36,385 nt of DNA from Paraglomus brasilianum (GCA_910592345.1 CAJVPI010000293.1:1-36385), one strand, 5' to 3'. Positions 14,132 to 27,649 are shown, counted from the first letter of the stretch. Program-made: numbers and translations. Notes: a model not told the origin generated them from the letters alone.

Positions 14132-14841
14132 GACTATTAGCGAGAGTAATGCAGAACTAATGCTCACAAACTTCTTTGCGCTGTCATTAGTAGCGTGGAA
14201 AATGATCACGTGTCAGATAATTGCTCTATTTGGGTTGATCCGACGAGAAACATATTTATAATAAATTAAAATAATAATAATAAATAATAATAAAATAATA
14301 AGACTACTTATAACCCCCCCCTTTTACAGGTAACGTGAAAGCTGGGACCAGCCGAAATTCTCGATACGTAATTTCAACTTGAATCGCTTGCTTTCAAGCC
14401 AGCAAATAGCCTGAATGACTAGAAATACTCAATAAACGTGTATTGCTGAAACGCAGATGGCATTACAGGTTCAACGTAAGAAAAAACAACATTCCAATCA
14501 AATTCTTGAAACATATTCGACCCACTTTTTTTTTCACCCTTGGAACCAGCGTTGATTGTACTTTGCGTTTTCCACAATACTTCAGACAAGCCCATCTTGA
14601 TTCTTGACGAAATGGGTTTATAATCTTACGATTAAGTGAGTTGTAAATGAAATCATTCATAAATAGACAGGTACGATTGCGTAAGTAATATACTGTTGTG
14701 TTTATTTTACATCATATACATTAAAATATACTGTTCACCTATCGACATTGTTCCCTTTCCCTCCTCTATATACTTTCGCCGTGCTTCACGCTCATCCTTC
14801 TACATCTAGATACTCTGCCTTGTCTAATATTCTAGTATGTT

Positions 14842-15743
14842 TCATAACTCTTTCTCAACTCTGATGGTGGCAAACTCTTCTTCTTCTTCTTCCAACCATT
14901 TCTTCATGTTAGTCTGAAACTCCTCTGGATCCCAATCGTCCTTTTCTAACAGAGCAGGAGCATCGTTCCAAACATACGTCTGTGCCGGGACGAGACGTTC
15001 TCTGGGTGGGGGTGTGTAGATAACGTCTACATCAGAGTCTACAAGATCGGGATCGGAATGGAATGAATTGCGTTTTGCTTCCTCTATTATTAAAACTTCG
15101 ACGTCTGTTCGAACATATTGCTGAGATACACGAAAGTGATTATCACGGGGATGGAAAACAGTAAAGTATTGAGATTTTGGAAACTGTTGATTATAGATTA
15201 CTCTCGATTCATCGTATAAAGTGTGAGTACTCTGACTTACATGGCCCTCGAATAGATCTAATCGCGATATATCTTGTGATGTCAATCCACTAACAAGAAC
15301 TCCTCGTGTCTCATCGTTTTCCGAGCCTTTTATAATTGCTGGATAAACAGCGTTGAAGACCTTATGCCGTCTGTATCCCTAATAAGACAGTCATGTTTTA
15401 GCGTATGTGATCGTAAGGACTTTTTTGCCCCTGATTACTGTTGTAATGAAGACAGGATATTCCGCCTGTAATCGTACAATCATGTATACCATTACGACAG
15501 CATATAACCTTTCCCATAGCATTAACGTTCTATTATCCATCCGGCGTATCTGTTTAGGACTTGCTGTGTATATGTTCGATTATCAGTATAAACAATCTTT
15601 CGTATTCATACCTTCAACACGGCGGGAATAACAGGTCCAAATACTACATCAGACTCTTTCAGCGACTGCCCTTCAGTAATTACGCGCCTCAATATCTGAG
15701 TGAAAATCAAAGTTCCATAAAAAAAGCAAGAAAAATCTCCCAT
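14842..15743 (-). CDS. AIG2-like gamma-glutamylcyclotransferase
   Basis: MGDFSCFFYGTLIFTQILRRVI...PAVLK | GYRRHKVFNAVYPAII...RGVLVSGLTSQDISRLDLFEG | YVRTDVEV...AQTYVWN...WDPEEF. The FFYGTL, YPAI and LD.FEG motifs of the GGCT/AIG2 family are present; two introns. Confidence 0.88.
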
Positions 15744-17316
15744 AATTCTATGTTCAAATTCTATCCAAGTTTCCTTGGGGGGGTTGTCCTTTGATGCTTC
15801 CGTTACTCACAGTAGTTTGGAACGAGGGAAAGAGAGTTATCTGCAAAGTTGATAGTTAGGGGTTCTCCGTTACAATGTCAAATTGTTGAAGTTTAACTCC
15901 ATACACATGAGACCAGGGACTAATCTCTGTCACACAAAACTTACTCAGCGTATATTTTTATATTTTACTGGTTACGCCATTGACTTTTCTTATCTCTTCG
16001 TGATTTTTTCACTGTACATGTGATACCTTTATCTTTACGTTGTCACTGGACATTGTTATCGAGTATTATTTATTTATATATAATAGAATATATATTGTAC
16101 CACCGAAACCTGTCGGATAAAACTTAAAATAACATTTAACCATATCCTCACAAGATTAGCAGAAAAAACCAGCATAACATCTCGTTTTCTATGCAAAGTG
16201 TCATGCAAAGTCTCTAAAATAGACAGGCTATTGCTCTTTATTTGGATAAAGATATTCCTAAACTTTTTGTTGTACTACATACGCTTTGCCCCGTAATTAT
16301 CCGGAATCAAGCAAAGGGTACATGATGACATTTATATTTTCTATCCATATAGATAATCGTATTAATTAATATCTGTGGATATTTACGTGTGACCACGTCA
16401 AATTAACAAGCGGCTGGCCATAGTTGGGTAGAAATGTAGAATTGAATATCTGATACATATAAACAGTCTCCGATCAATCAGTGTTAGAGTTGGGTTGTTG
16501 CTGTTGTTTTTTTTTTTTTCATAAAGAATCTCTCTGGTACCCAAGTGAACCGTTTGGAAAACCGTTTGATTGTGCCTTCAAAAGGTTTCCAGCCATGGCT
16601 AGCTATATTTGTAGGACAAAATTCCGATTATCTAATACAAACAACATAAAATATCCGAAATACGTGAACCAAGTAAACATAGGAAGCTTAGGATAGGCCA
16701 TTGGTTGGTTCAAATTATTCAATGTTGCTTGAGAGAAAGACTACTGCTGTTGGGTTCTTGTACGTATCTAAACCGTCAATTACAACTTCAATAGGGCAAA
16801 TAAAAGAATTTTGCGCTTAGATGAGGGACTTTATCACCGTCTAACACATTACTAAATAAAATGACGAATTTGCTAAACATCATTATTGAACGACCTAACG
16901 TTTTCGGGAATTGTTTCACTATTTGCATTGTCAAACCTGTGTTGGAACTTTTCTTATCGGTAAAAGCGCATATCTAAGCGAGCGATGAAAACAAAAATGT
17001 TAAAGTCTACACACTCAAATAGAAAGAATTATCCACTTCTAATATGAATAGAAAATATCGTCCAAACCAAAGATCGAAATATGGTATTAGTATTGAATCT
17101 TCGGGACAAATGGGATAACATTTTCTTATTACCAGGTGATATTATTTTATTTCGGTTATTAACAAGTGATTACGTGAATTGCGTAAGACCATTACTATTT
17201 GTGCTCTGATAGTTGAGCGCCTCTCATAGTGTATTTTTATTATGCTGATATCAATGTATGTATCGTGTCAATATAGTGCATATAACGTACACAGATGTAT
17301 AACTTTTTTGCGATTA

Positions 17317-18164
17317 CATAAGCAGACTCGATAAGTCGGTCACGGATGGCTAAACCAACTTATCAATCCACGTGACTAATTTATTTTATAGAAGACGAAT
17401 AAAACCCGTTATTATCCGTGCTCGTTGTATCGAAGAATCCGTTCGCTTCTTCACAATTTCCCATTTTAAGTCTCTTAACCCTGAAACCAATAAACTGTTT
17501 ACTTTTACTGCTGCAAATGGTTATGTAAATTTTGAATCTTTCTAAAGCCACTTTGTTAGATACCATAAAAATCTCATTTTTGTCGTCATCTTCTCCTTCA
17601 TCCTCAGGAGCTTCTTGGACGCTGCAATAATTTTATTATCATCAGGAATATTGCTTGTTTCTAAAGTACTGTCAATTTCAATATAGTCTTTTGCTCTCAT
17701 GACGGAATAATCAACAACCATTTGATCAATAAGCGATTGTACTATCATTATCTGATGGTTTCATAGTTAATGACTTCCGACTCGTCAGGCAGAGTATCAG
17801 TTCTCTCCCTGCACAATATATTACATCGTCAGTCACATTTCTCCACGATTCTGCAACCCAGTCGATTGCATTTAAAAGATTTAAAGTAGGAATCTCAGTT
17901 CCATATTCCTGAATGCATCTATCTATACTATGTATTTTATATTAGCTACAGTATAATTAATAAGATGTAAAAAATTATGTGATCGACTTGTACTGAAATA
18001 GTAATGATGTTCTCTGAAGATCACGTGAGATCGACTTATCGAGGAGGGTAATGGTAATTTACATATTAATATAGCATTAAAAAAGGTTGGCCGACTTACA
18101 GCTTATCGCGACTTTACATACGTCGACCGACATTTTAAATATTGACTTATCGAGTCTGCCTATG
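17317..18164 (-). mobile_element. Decayed pogo/Tigger-like element
   Basis: TA|CATAAGCAGACTCGATAAGTCGGTC at the left and GACTTATCGAGTCTGCCTATG|TA at the right. Minus-strand remnants LNLLNAIDWVAESWRNVT and AKDYIEIDSTLETSNIPDDNKII are typical of the pogo transposase C-terminus. Confidence 0.82.
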
Positions 18165-18207
18165 TATTTGCTTCACTAGATTCACGAAAAAAATATATTT
18201 TTGTATA

Positions 18208-19381
18208 CAGTGCTCGCCATAAACGAGAATTGGTTTTTTGACCAGCTTGGTTTGTGGCTTCACAAATACATAGATATGATGTCAATACACAAAAAAATAT
18301 ATGTACTAATGGTTTATTCCCCCCATTTTCAATAACTTCATTCAGGCGTCCTGACATCCCATTTACTAAATTAAGACAGATCTGTAGAGACACTCTCCCA
18401 TTCTAATCGTTTTTTCTTTCCTAATTATTTTATTAACCTGTTTCTCGACTCTCTTTTTCATAATAGCCCACAGGTTCTCTATTGGATTTAGATCGGGACT
18501 ATAGGAGGGCCAGTCAAGAATTTTTGGGGCTCGACGACGAAGAAGATCAGACGTTTCTTTAGCCGTATGCTTTGGGTCGTTGTCTTGTTGAAAGACCCAA
18601 CGTTTTGGCATGACCCTAGATGCATTTTCAAAAAGGTGGTTAGTTAAAATCTCACGGTAAAGTGGCCCCATCCATATTCTGGGTAAACATATTAAAGCCG
18701 ATTGTCCCGCGTGCTGAGAATGCACTCCACACATGAACTTTTTGTGGAATATCTGTTCCAGCGTTGTAAAATGCTGGCATGGTATTTCAGAACATCTGAA
18801 AAGTCGATTCATCTGAAAATACAACAGTTTTCCAGTTTTGTCTGGCATGAGCAATGGCCCATTCTACTCGGCGTTCACGTTGTTTTGCTGTAAATAAAGG
18901 TACAGTTTTGGGGTGGCCTGAGTGGTATCCAAGCTTATTAAGCTCACGGTTTACTGTTCGTGCTGATATTTTTACCCTAGAACTTAATTTGGTGGCAATT
19001 TCTCCACATGTAAGGTATTGATCATTTTGAATAATTCTTCCTAATACGCGTCTATTTTGGAAAATTCTTGGACGTCCAGGACGGAAAATGGGTTTAAGAT
19101 TACCATTGTTTTTTAGTTGTTCGATATATTTATATATCGTAGAAAGGAGAACGTCACTTAGCTGTGCTAAAGTTTGAGCGTTTCGAACACCGCGGCCCCA
19201 AAGCTCACTTACGGTTCTTCGTCGGTCAGCAAGCGAAATTTTTCCATTTAGCAACAAAACAGCGGGGTATATTTTACTTTCTTTTGAAGCTTGTTCTTTA
19301 GGTCCGTTAATAAACAAGCCATCATCAGAAGTTTCTATGTATGGTTTGTATAACATTTGAGTCTCATTATTTATGGCACTG
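18208..19381 (-). mobile_element. Tc1 (DD34E) transposon with inactivated transposase
   Basis: HTH region (LSTIYKYIEQLKNNG..RPGRPR), WKTVVFSDES, and FQQDNDPKH-(34)-WPSYSPDLNPIENLW. Nonsense codon at 18787-18789 plus a frameshift. Imperfect TIRs TA|CAGTGCTCGCCATAAA (18208) and TTTATGGCACTG|TA (19381). Confidence 0.9.
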
Positions 19382-20308
19382 TAAAAGGTCACCCAATTCA
19401 TTTAACAGAGTAAAGGCTTGCCAGTCTCGTTTGAGAAAGCTAAATCTCTAGGTTAATTGCAAATCGCTCTCCCGTGGTAATTGACTCGACACTGGTAATA
19501 AATAAAACAAATATTGCTATACTTAATAGTATATCTTCATAAAAAGATATCTATATATATAAAAAAACAGAACTTGAGCAGAGAACAAACCAAATCCAAT
19601 TATAAAAAAGAATTAGCAGACAAACAGCAAATAAGACAAGCAAGAAGCAGTTGAGAGAATTAACCAAATGATACGGCAAGATTTCCTTATACATAGTGGC
19701 TCCGTTAAATCGATGTCTTTTGCAGCAAAAGGTATGCGTAAACCGAATACTCCATTAACCAAAGCTAACGTCTCACACAAACGACTTCGGTTTAACAGGT
19801 GCCGTTATGTAGTAGTTAAATATTGACCGTAAAGGTTCTTCCGTGCCCATTACTATGAGCTGAAGACTGTTCAATTAATAAAACCCTATGTAATTTCGCA
19901 AAGAATGTTTGAACTTCCTCATCCGTGAGACTGTCAATATTTCCCAAGAATTCTACGACTAATTCAGGGAAAACATATTTTTCTGGGATATTAGTGACTG
20001 GAAGACATATTTAAATTGTAATTGTTAGGCAATTTACTACGCCATGGATGATACTCTTATGAATATTCTGGTCTGTTCTCCAGAGTTATATACCGAGGAT
20101 AATATTTTCGTCTAGACATTGTATATAGGAGTACGAGACTAGCATATTCATTATCGTATTCCGCCTAACTAAATATGTCATAATCACGGGGATTGATAAA
20201 AAAAAACCACCATAACGATGCTTTTATACCTGGTAGTACGATTGCAATGTGTCAATTTTTAATATCCCTAAAATTTTGTTTGTACGTATCATCAGGTTTT
20301 GTTTCAGT

Positions 20309-22000
20309 ATGTCCCATATAACCTCCTCACTCGAGCATTTGGACCATTATATCAATACAGCGATAAAAACACGGGACATTACTGTCTCATTTTCTGATCT
20401 CTTTGGAGGCGCAAGGCATGTTATCCGATGGCTATTCCCCAGCTGGATGGATGAACATTTAGACTTTGTTCAGTTCAAAGATGGAATAACTAACAAACGT
20501 AAGTATAAAGTACGTGAAATTGTTAGGGAGAGAGAAGAGACTATACTAAATATAGTAAGGACACTTCTACTATGAACACATGCCCAGTTGTCAAATGCAC
20601 GAATAGAAGTCTCTCGCTCTCAGTCTTGGTCCGTGTATACGGTAATAGATCCGAACTGTTAATTGATCGAAGGCAAGAAATAAGGGTATATAATCAACCT
20701 TTTTCGTTCGTATGGTTCTCTCGTCATTTAAAGATCGTTTTTATCATTCTTTCGTAATATGTCTCCACACACTCTCGCGATCCTGTATATTTTCTTCAAA
20801 CGCAGAATTTTGTTGTTCTCTCAGAACTAAATCTTGGCCCAAGACTCTATGGTAAATTTACTAATGGTCTTGTATATGGATTTCTGTCGGGTGACGCTAT
20901 CTCTGTGACAGATATGTCTAGGCCGGATAAAAGTAAGCTGATTGCGAAGCAGCTTGCTAAATGGCATGGTGTGCAATTGGCTGGAGAGAGAGTATCTGCC
21001 TTATTTACAACGTTGCAGAAATGGTTGAATGAAGGTAAGCATATTAGGCGGAGCGATTGAAAAGTCTAGAAAAATGAGATGTATGTTTGTTGAATCCGCC
21101 GCCTGTATTAGTTCCAGAGATGTATGAAAATCCCCAGGTTAATGCAATATTTCAAGCTAGATTTAACATGGCTAATATTAGGGAAGAGGTAAACAAATGT
21201 TGTTTGACGTCTTGATCATTGTTGTATATGCTCACAAAAGATTAAGAGTATCGACGAATTGAAAATATTTATTTAGTAATTTATAACCCCTCTTTTGGTG
21301 CTTCAGATACAATCACTCCAACAAGAACTCGAGGCGTTAAGATCGCCAGTAGTTTTTTGTCATTGCGACTTGCTGAATGCGAACTTGATCTATAACAAAG
21401 AAGGAGATACAATATCGTTTATAGACGTTGAATATGCGTGCTACAACTACCAAGGTTTCGATATAGGGAACCATTTCAACGAGTTCGCAGGTATATCCTT
21501 GAGATGTTCTTGTTAGTAACATCAAAGTTACGTGGAAGGGTTTGGAAAACTCATTGTCTGTCCGTTCTAGGGTTTGAATGTGATTTCAGTTTATACCCAA
21601 AGAAGGACTTTCAGAAGATCTGGTTGCATAATTATTTATCGGCTGTTCATCCTGGTATTGTACTTGATATGTGATTGCTTTATGCCTTTCGTGTCATCGT
21701 TAGCTAATGGCAAATTATTAATTAAAATAGACCGTGATCCAACCGAAGAGGAAATTGAAAGGTTATACAGTGAAGTGAATAAATTTGCATTAGCATCGCA
21801 TTGTTATTGGGGATTGTGGGCCCTGGTGAGTCTTGATTTATACGGAATAACGCCTGGGCTCTAGAATTATGATCTAATATTTATTATTCGTGAAATAGGT
21901 TCAAGCTCGTTTATCAGAAATAGATTTTGACTACATGGGATATGCTATCAAACGATTTGACGAATATAATAAGCGTAAGGAGGAATTCCTTTCGTTGTAA
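20309..22000 (+). CDS. EKI1: Ethanolamine/choline kinase
   Basis: Spliced ORF: MSHITSS..KDGITNK, VLVRVYGNRSELLIDRRQEIR, GPRLYGKFTNGLVYGF, Brenner motif VVFCHCDLLNANLI, choline-kinase motif FIDVEYACYNYQGFDIGNHFNEFAG, LASHCYWGLWALVQA..SEIDFDYMGYAIKRF, stop at 22000. Confidence 0.93.
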
Positions 22001-22395
22001 CGTCAAAGAAATGTTTAAATAAACGAATTTTCAGAGAGGTAATTTAACAAACTGAGAACGTTCCTATTTTTTGTTTGTCAAAAATAACTCAAGTTTGACC
22101 TGCATAGACCACAATGATCGGTTGTTAATATTAATGACATGTGAAAAGTAGTTTTACAAAGTGTGAGTATTACAAAGACTATTAAGCAATGTGGTTCAGC
22201 ATTGTATAGACTGAAATTTGCGGATTAGACGGTTAATAGGATGCAATGGTTTAATTGTCAGATAGTCAATTATATTTAACGTTACGAATAAAGCATTTTA
22301 TTGCATACTAAGCTGTAACCAATAACCCAAATCTAATACTAAAATTAAAGCATTTCGCTTCTCCATCGAGATTTTAAAGCATAATTAATAATAAG

Positions 22396-22643
22396 GGGTA
22401 ATTTGGCGAATTCGGATTTATTTTTTTTTATTATTTATTTTCTATTTCCGTCTATTTTAGCAATCATTTTATTCCTCTCGCCTCTTTGAAGCCCGATTTT
22501 CGTAATTGTATAGTCGAAAAATGCTTCCACTTTAATTAAGTATGATTGTAATGGCTATAAATCTTCTTATTGACTCCATTATAGTAATAGTGCATTATCG
22601 ACAATTTATAATAATAATAATTCTGTGATTCGCCAAATTACCC
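22396..22643. mobile_element. Possible MITE: 16-bp inverted repeat around an AT-rich 216-bp core
   Basis: GGGTAATTTGGCGAAT (22396-22411) and ATTCGCCAAATTACCC (22628-22643). The match extends outward imperfectly (ATAATAAG / CTTATTAT). No clean TSD. Confidence 0.5.
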
Positions 22644-23361
22644 TACCTTATTATAGAAGTTTGTCCCATATACTGACAGGAGCTTCTTTTGAGTGGAAAT
22701 TTCAGAATACAAATTTACTATATTGTAAATATTCATGGATGGTATATACGTGCACGTATCTTTAATCCGAAATTATTACCACACTGTAGTATATTTAGTG
22801 ACATAGGTTGACGCCTATCAAAAAGACATCGATCTTATTTTACAGAATTGAATAGCCCTTGATCAACGCGATTTGTTTTATTCCGTAACTTTCGATCCCG
22901 CATATAATTATCTATTGCCCTCGAATTGAGGGTAGTACTATTGATAAGTACTTTTCAAACGCCACCGAGTTGTTCGAAGTAATAGTAAATTAAATGTCGC
23001 AGCGAATCATACTTGGAATCGACCACTACTTATAAATTCTAACACTTAACCTGACAGCCAAGTGGCATATCAACTATCCTCACTGGAGACATAAAGCCCG
23101 CGATAATACAATGTATGATCCATTATCGAAGTAATAAAAGTTCATAAACTAAATCAATAGTAAACTATGAAAAGATGGTAGAGCCACGCGAAAACCACAT
23201 CAAAAGAAAGAGCAACCATTTCGGTAAGTGGAATATTCCGGATGATAAACCCTGTTGACTAATGTTGGACTCGATGGAAACGCGAAATAGGAAACAAAGT
23301 CTCAATCCTCTACAATCAATGAACACGATAACCAAATACGTGGTTGTTTTATTATGCCAAC

Positions 23362-24735
23362 TTAAATAAGATAAAATTCAACGCCAGAAACGATCCAAAC
23401 TTGCTTGCGTTGCAATGCTTCTGTGAGTCTTTTCCGTGAAGTGTCTTTGTGGATTAATTCATCTTGACTATGTCTTTCCAATGTCAGGATTGCAAACCGT
23501 CCATCCCGAAGCGGACCAGGATTCACTATCACCGTACGCCCTATGTGTGAGATTCCAAAGGGAAAGTGAGTGTGTCCATGAACATTGACTGTTAGTGTTA
23601 GGACATCTACATCATCTGGTGTTTTTCTTGGAGATTCGTTGGCGATATGTCTAGATATAGCAGCGCTGAGATGATAAATACGATCGTATGTTAATTGATA
23701 TATACATCTAGCTGCAGAAATGTAATAGTCACTAGTGATATTACCTCCCCCCAGATATCCTTTCTTTCAAGTCATTTGGGTATTTATTGACATCGGTTGT
23801 TGATACATCTACTGGACCGACATGAGTAACCAGCATAATGTCATTCTGTTTGGGAACTTTGGAAAAAAGTATTGGTAGTTGCTTAGAGAGCAACGACTCA
23901 GTGTCCAAGGGGTATGCTAACGTGTTGTAAATGAGAGTCAGTGATAGTAGACCGTTTTGCCTGTACAACGTATAGTCGGTATCCGTTCACCTGGCCAGAC
24001 GACTTTGGATGGCTCATTTCTTAACGCAGCTTCTGTTGAACCACCAAATCCAACCATACTGAGTCCTGGTGCTAGTAAATATTCTTTATGTAAATTGATA
24101 TCCAAGTCTTATTAGTTAAATGCAATTAGAATTACTATACCTATATCGATCACTTTATTATGGAAATTCTTGACTAGGTCTGAACCTGCACTTCTCTGTT
24201 TACCGAGTTCATCATATGCGTACATATAGAAAGCTTCTGATGGATCGTGATTGCCTAGCGTATCGTGGAATATGAGTATTGACAACCAAGAAATTCATCA
24301 TTAAACCTCCACCATTATAATATGTACTTGCCAGGAATATAGTAAACTGCCTTATTAAATGCCGCAAGCCCACTCAATATGTCATAGAATAGTCGTGTTT
24401 CCCTATATCCATGTTCAAATGGTCAAATACCACACACATACTCGCTCACTCTATATTCATAACACATCTTAAACATTAATCTTAACCTTTCCTTTACAAT
24501 CTCATCATCAACTTCATGATCTATAGTAACCAGATCACCGGAGGCAATGATAAAGTCAATACTAAAAAACAGAATAAAAAGGCCCGTTGATACGATTTGA
24601 CGGCTAAACGTTAGCTATAAACATTAACTCGCACGTTTCTATTCGTTGCCGTTCCGTTAGCCATTTATGTAGGCCGTCGATATTATCGATGCGACCATGA
24701 ATATCCGATACTAATAGGATGGTTATACGTGACAT
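23362..24735 (-). CDS. Calcineurin-like metallophosphoesterase
   Basis: All five motifs in order across the exons: LLVSDIHG, IASGDLV, YYIPGNHD, LVTHVGP, NVHGHTH, then IVNPGPL; stop at 23362-23364. Confidence 0.9.
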
Positions 24736-25189
24736 GAACACAATTCTTCTATTCAGTCGATGAGGTTTTAACGCTATTAAGGTATTGTTAGTGCAACATC
24801 CTGACAGCATTCACTATTGATGAGTATTCGTTGATCGTGGATCGACATGTCATTATCATTGGTCATGTACAACTTGTGGATTAATTTCTCATTGCATTTT
24901 TAAATGGTGGTTTGCAAATAAACTTTTTTTTTTGACTCGTAAATAAAAATAAAAAACGCGGTTATTTATGAAACAAAAACAATTATTAACTTTCTACTGA
25001 GCATGTTTGTATTAACAAATTTGCTTTATTTCATTTACTGATTTTTCCAAAAATTTTTTTGATTATTGCCAGTTTCTATAAGGAAGTAATTTAAAAGTTT
25101 GTCTTAATAACATGGTTAAATCTATTTGAAACTCAGTGACAAACTATTTTACACTTTTGGCAAAATAATATTCATTCAGTGAAAAAGAA

Positions 25190-25616
25190 ACTGATATTTT
25201 CTACATACAGTTGAGAATGATCTTTGCAAGCTCAAAGAATGCAACTCCATTGAACTAAAAAGGGTAGTGGATGTCCATCGAAAATTACTCAAAGCTTGCC
25301 ACATTCTATTGAGCAAGCTGTTCACTATAATAGTGTCATTTCGACTCGTCAGCTCGCAGTGAAACTTCATGAAACACATACACCATCTGTTTGGCAACAC
25401 ATGCAAAGAAGACTATAGAAGAAACAGTACAAAATATTATTTTGTTCATGAAATGGATATGTGAACTAATTTTACAGCACAATGGCAATAGAATTACATA
25501 TTAAAATTTTTTCATTAATAAAGCTTCTAAATTTACCCAGTTATTTTATATACTCGTGGAAAAACATAATTTTTGCTACCACCTTTTTTTTTCTTCTTTT
25601 TTTTTGAGACCCACTG
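25190..25616 (+). mobile_element. Tc1-like transposon remnant (N-terminal DNA-binding fragment + one terminus)
   Basis: KGSGCPSKITQSLPHSIEQAVHYNSVISTRQLAVKL..VWQHM resembles the GSGRP..ISTR.LA.KL segment of Tc1 transposases. Terminus TTTTTGAGACCCACTG|TA at 25616. Left TIR not found, so the left boundary is approximate. Confidence 0.55.
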
Positions 25617-26630
25617 TATACCATAAAACTTTTTATGTCTATATAAATAAATTAACTTACATCAAATCCATCATGGAACCAAAGAATTACAGCACTATTA
25701 GAAGTATTCTAAAAAAGGACAAGAAGAAACAATTGCTCCAAATGGTTTTAAAATCAATGATACCGAATTCCTTGGGTAATGTTAGATAAAGAAAAAATCA
25801 CTTATAAAATTTACCAATAAAAACGAAAAATAATAATAGTAAAACGAGCATTAACCCCAACTTATGATGAACCAAGAAAAAAGCAGCTGCCATTGAATAT
25901 GCAGATTATTTTTTTCATCTTTTTATTCTTTCGATGGCATTAAATTGACACTTTTGTCGTGTAACATCGTATTACGTTATTTGACAAACAACAATACTAA
26001 TACTAATCACCTTGAGTCAAGATCTACTTAAAACTGCACAATACACGATTATAAAAGGTAGGCCGTCGGCTCTTGCTACAAGTAAAGAATCTGTTCTTGA
26101 GAAATGGAGGATCAAAAGTGTTAGCTTTCTGTCAGCTTTAAGTCATTATAGTGCTGCAGCCACTGTTTGAGGTACGATGTTGACGATGTATATTCCTTTC
26201 TCGACTCCGATGGTTCACTGGATTCCTGAATAAGCGTTGCACTCATTACCTATATCGGGGCAAAAATCACTGGTGTTGCAATAATTTAGACGCTAAAATA
26301 GACGTTTTACGAGCACAGCACTTTTACATATGTAAGTAGCTCGACTTTCCGATTATGTTCATATGTCAATTGATATTCCTTCCTAATAAACGAGTGGTTA
26401 TTCATACTCTAAAGCCGCCTTTATCATAAATTCTCGGTTCACATAATGGATGTCCCCCTGCAATAAGGCTATTATACTAAACAGAGGGTGTTAATAGCTT
26501 TGCAATAAGTAGATTTACTTTTAATGTTAAATAAACATATCACTTTGAGATACATTGGGCTTAAGGAAGCTTAAAGAGTTTCTCAGGACTCCTCAACTAA
26601 TTAATATTTCTAGTTTTAAGACTTTCATGT

Positions 26631-26772
26631 CAATCAAACCTGGTTATAACGAACTTTCTATATGTTTGTTATAGGCATTGAATATTATAAAAAGGGCTTG
26701 ATTATAAGGAATTTCTGGTTATAAGGAATATTTTTCCGGTCCCGTAGAATTCGTTATAACCAGGTTTGACTG
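26631..26772. mobile_element. pogo-type MITE (142 bp)
   Basis: TIR CA(A/G)TCAAACCTGGTTATAACGAA at both ends, right end followed by TA, internal (G/A)TTATAAGGAA repeats. Confidence 0.8.
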
Positions 26773-27240
26773 TAATATTATTGTATATGATTTCATAGAT
26801 AATTTCACATACATGTTGGTCGAACCCCTTTTCTTGGTGTTAAGGACATATAAAAACCAAACATGTTTATAGGACAACGGAAACTTAGGTAATTTACATG
26901 GCTCTGAGTTTATAGCGCATCATTGCGCGAATCTTTTGGTTAAATTTTACATCATCCTTGTTCATGCGAATTGAAAAATAGGTCTAAAAACTATCGTTTT
27001 GTCAAGCTTTATCTAATTTACAATAAAATTTGAACCCTCCGATTTGCTATAAAAAACACACACAGACTCCAACTTGTAGAAGAATCCCATTAATCGAAAT
27101 AATAGTAGAGAGATTTCGAGGATTAAATAGTAACCAGGACTAACGAATCGGTAATAAATGTGACGAAATTTTCTCTATTTTAATATGAAAATTAAAAAAA
27201 AAAAATTTTTTTTGTTGGGGGGGGGCACTTTTTTTGTATA

Positions 27241-27407
27241 CACAGGCAAACTCGATAAGTCGGTCATGCATGATGGACCGACTTATCGAGAGAACCGACT
27301 TATCGAGAGATTTTAAATATTAAAACTGAGGAAAGGGCTTGGGAAGTTTTGGCCTTCTTAGGCCAAAATTGAATCATCGAGAGACCGACTTATCGAGTTT
27401 GCCTGTG
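27241..27407. mobile_element. pogo-type MITE (167 bp), same family as the 17317-18164 element
   Basis: Perfect 25-bp TIR CACAGGCAAACTCGATAAGTCGGTC, TA on both sides, internal ACCGACTTATCGAGAG repeats. Confidence 0.92.
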
Positions 27408-27649
27408 TATGTGGGTTTCAGTGGCATTAATATTAAAAGAGGACCCAAGAAGATCCAAAAAGACCCCAAATTTCGTTTTAATCCGATTTCGTTTTAATCT
27501 GCCACAATCCTCTCCTTAAATATTCACCCCTACTGTACAATCATATGATCACCGACAATTTTCTATTGCTGATAAATAATTTTTTAATCCCCTTGTCATT
27601 TCTACTTGTGTCTGGACTAGTGCGATTGATTTGTTCCCCTTGCATAGAC

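Noticed and set aside
14269..14300. (TAA)n-like run and CACGTG upstream of the MT-A70 gene
   Set aside because: Short low-complexity promoter sequence; single hexamers are expected by chance.
18208..19381. Tc1/IS630 element carrying a Fanzor/TnpB nuclease
   Set aside because: The element is fully accounted for by the transposase. I saw no RuvC or zinc-ribbon motifs here or in the other elements.
18787..19401. N-terminal ~50 aa of the 204-aa ORF (MNWVTFYSAINNETQ...)
   Set aside because: It reads through the TIR and flank; transposase similarity starts only near 19240.
20309..24735. Kinase + phosphoesterase as a functional gene cluster
   Set aside because: The genes are convergent and separately transcribed, and nothing in the sequence indicates a shared substrate; adjacency alone is not evidence.
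26040..26520. Possible upstream Nab2 exons or separate pseudogene
   Set aside because: The frames I translated are interrupted by stops and show no PWI-like or other recognisable pattern.
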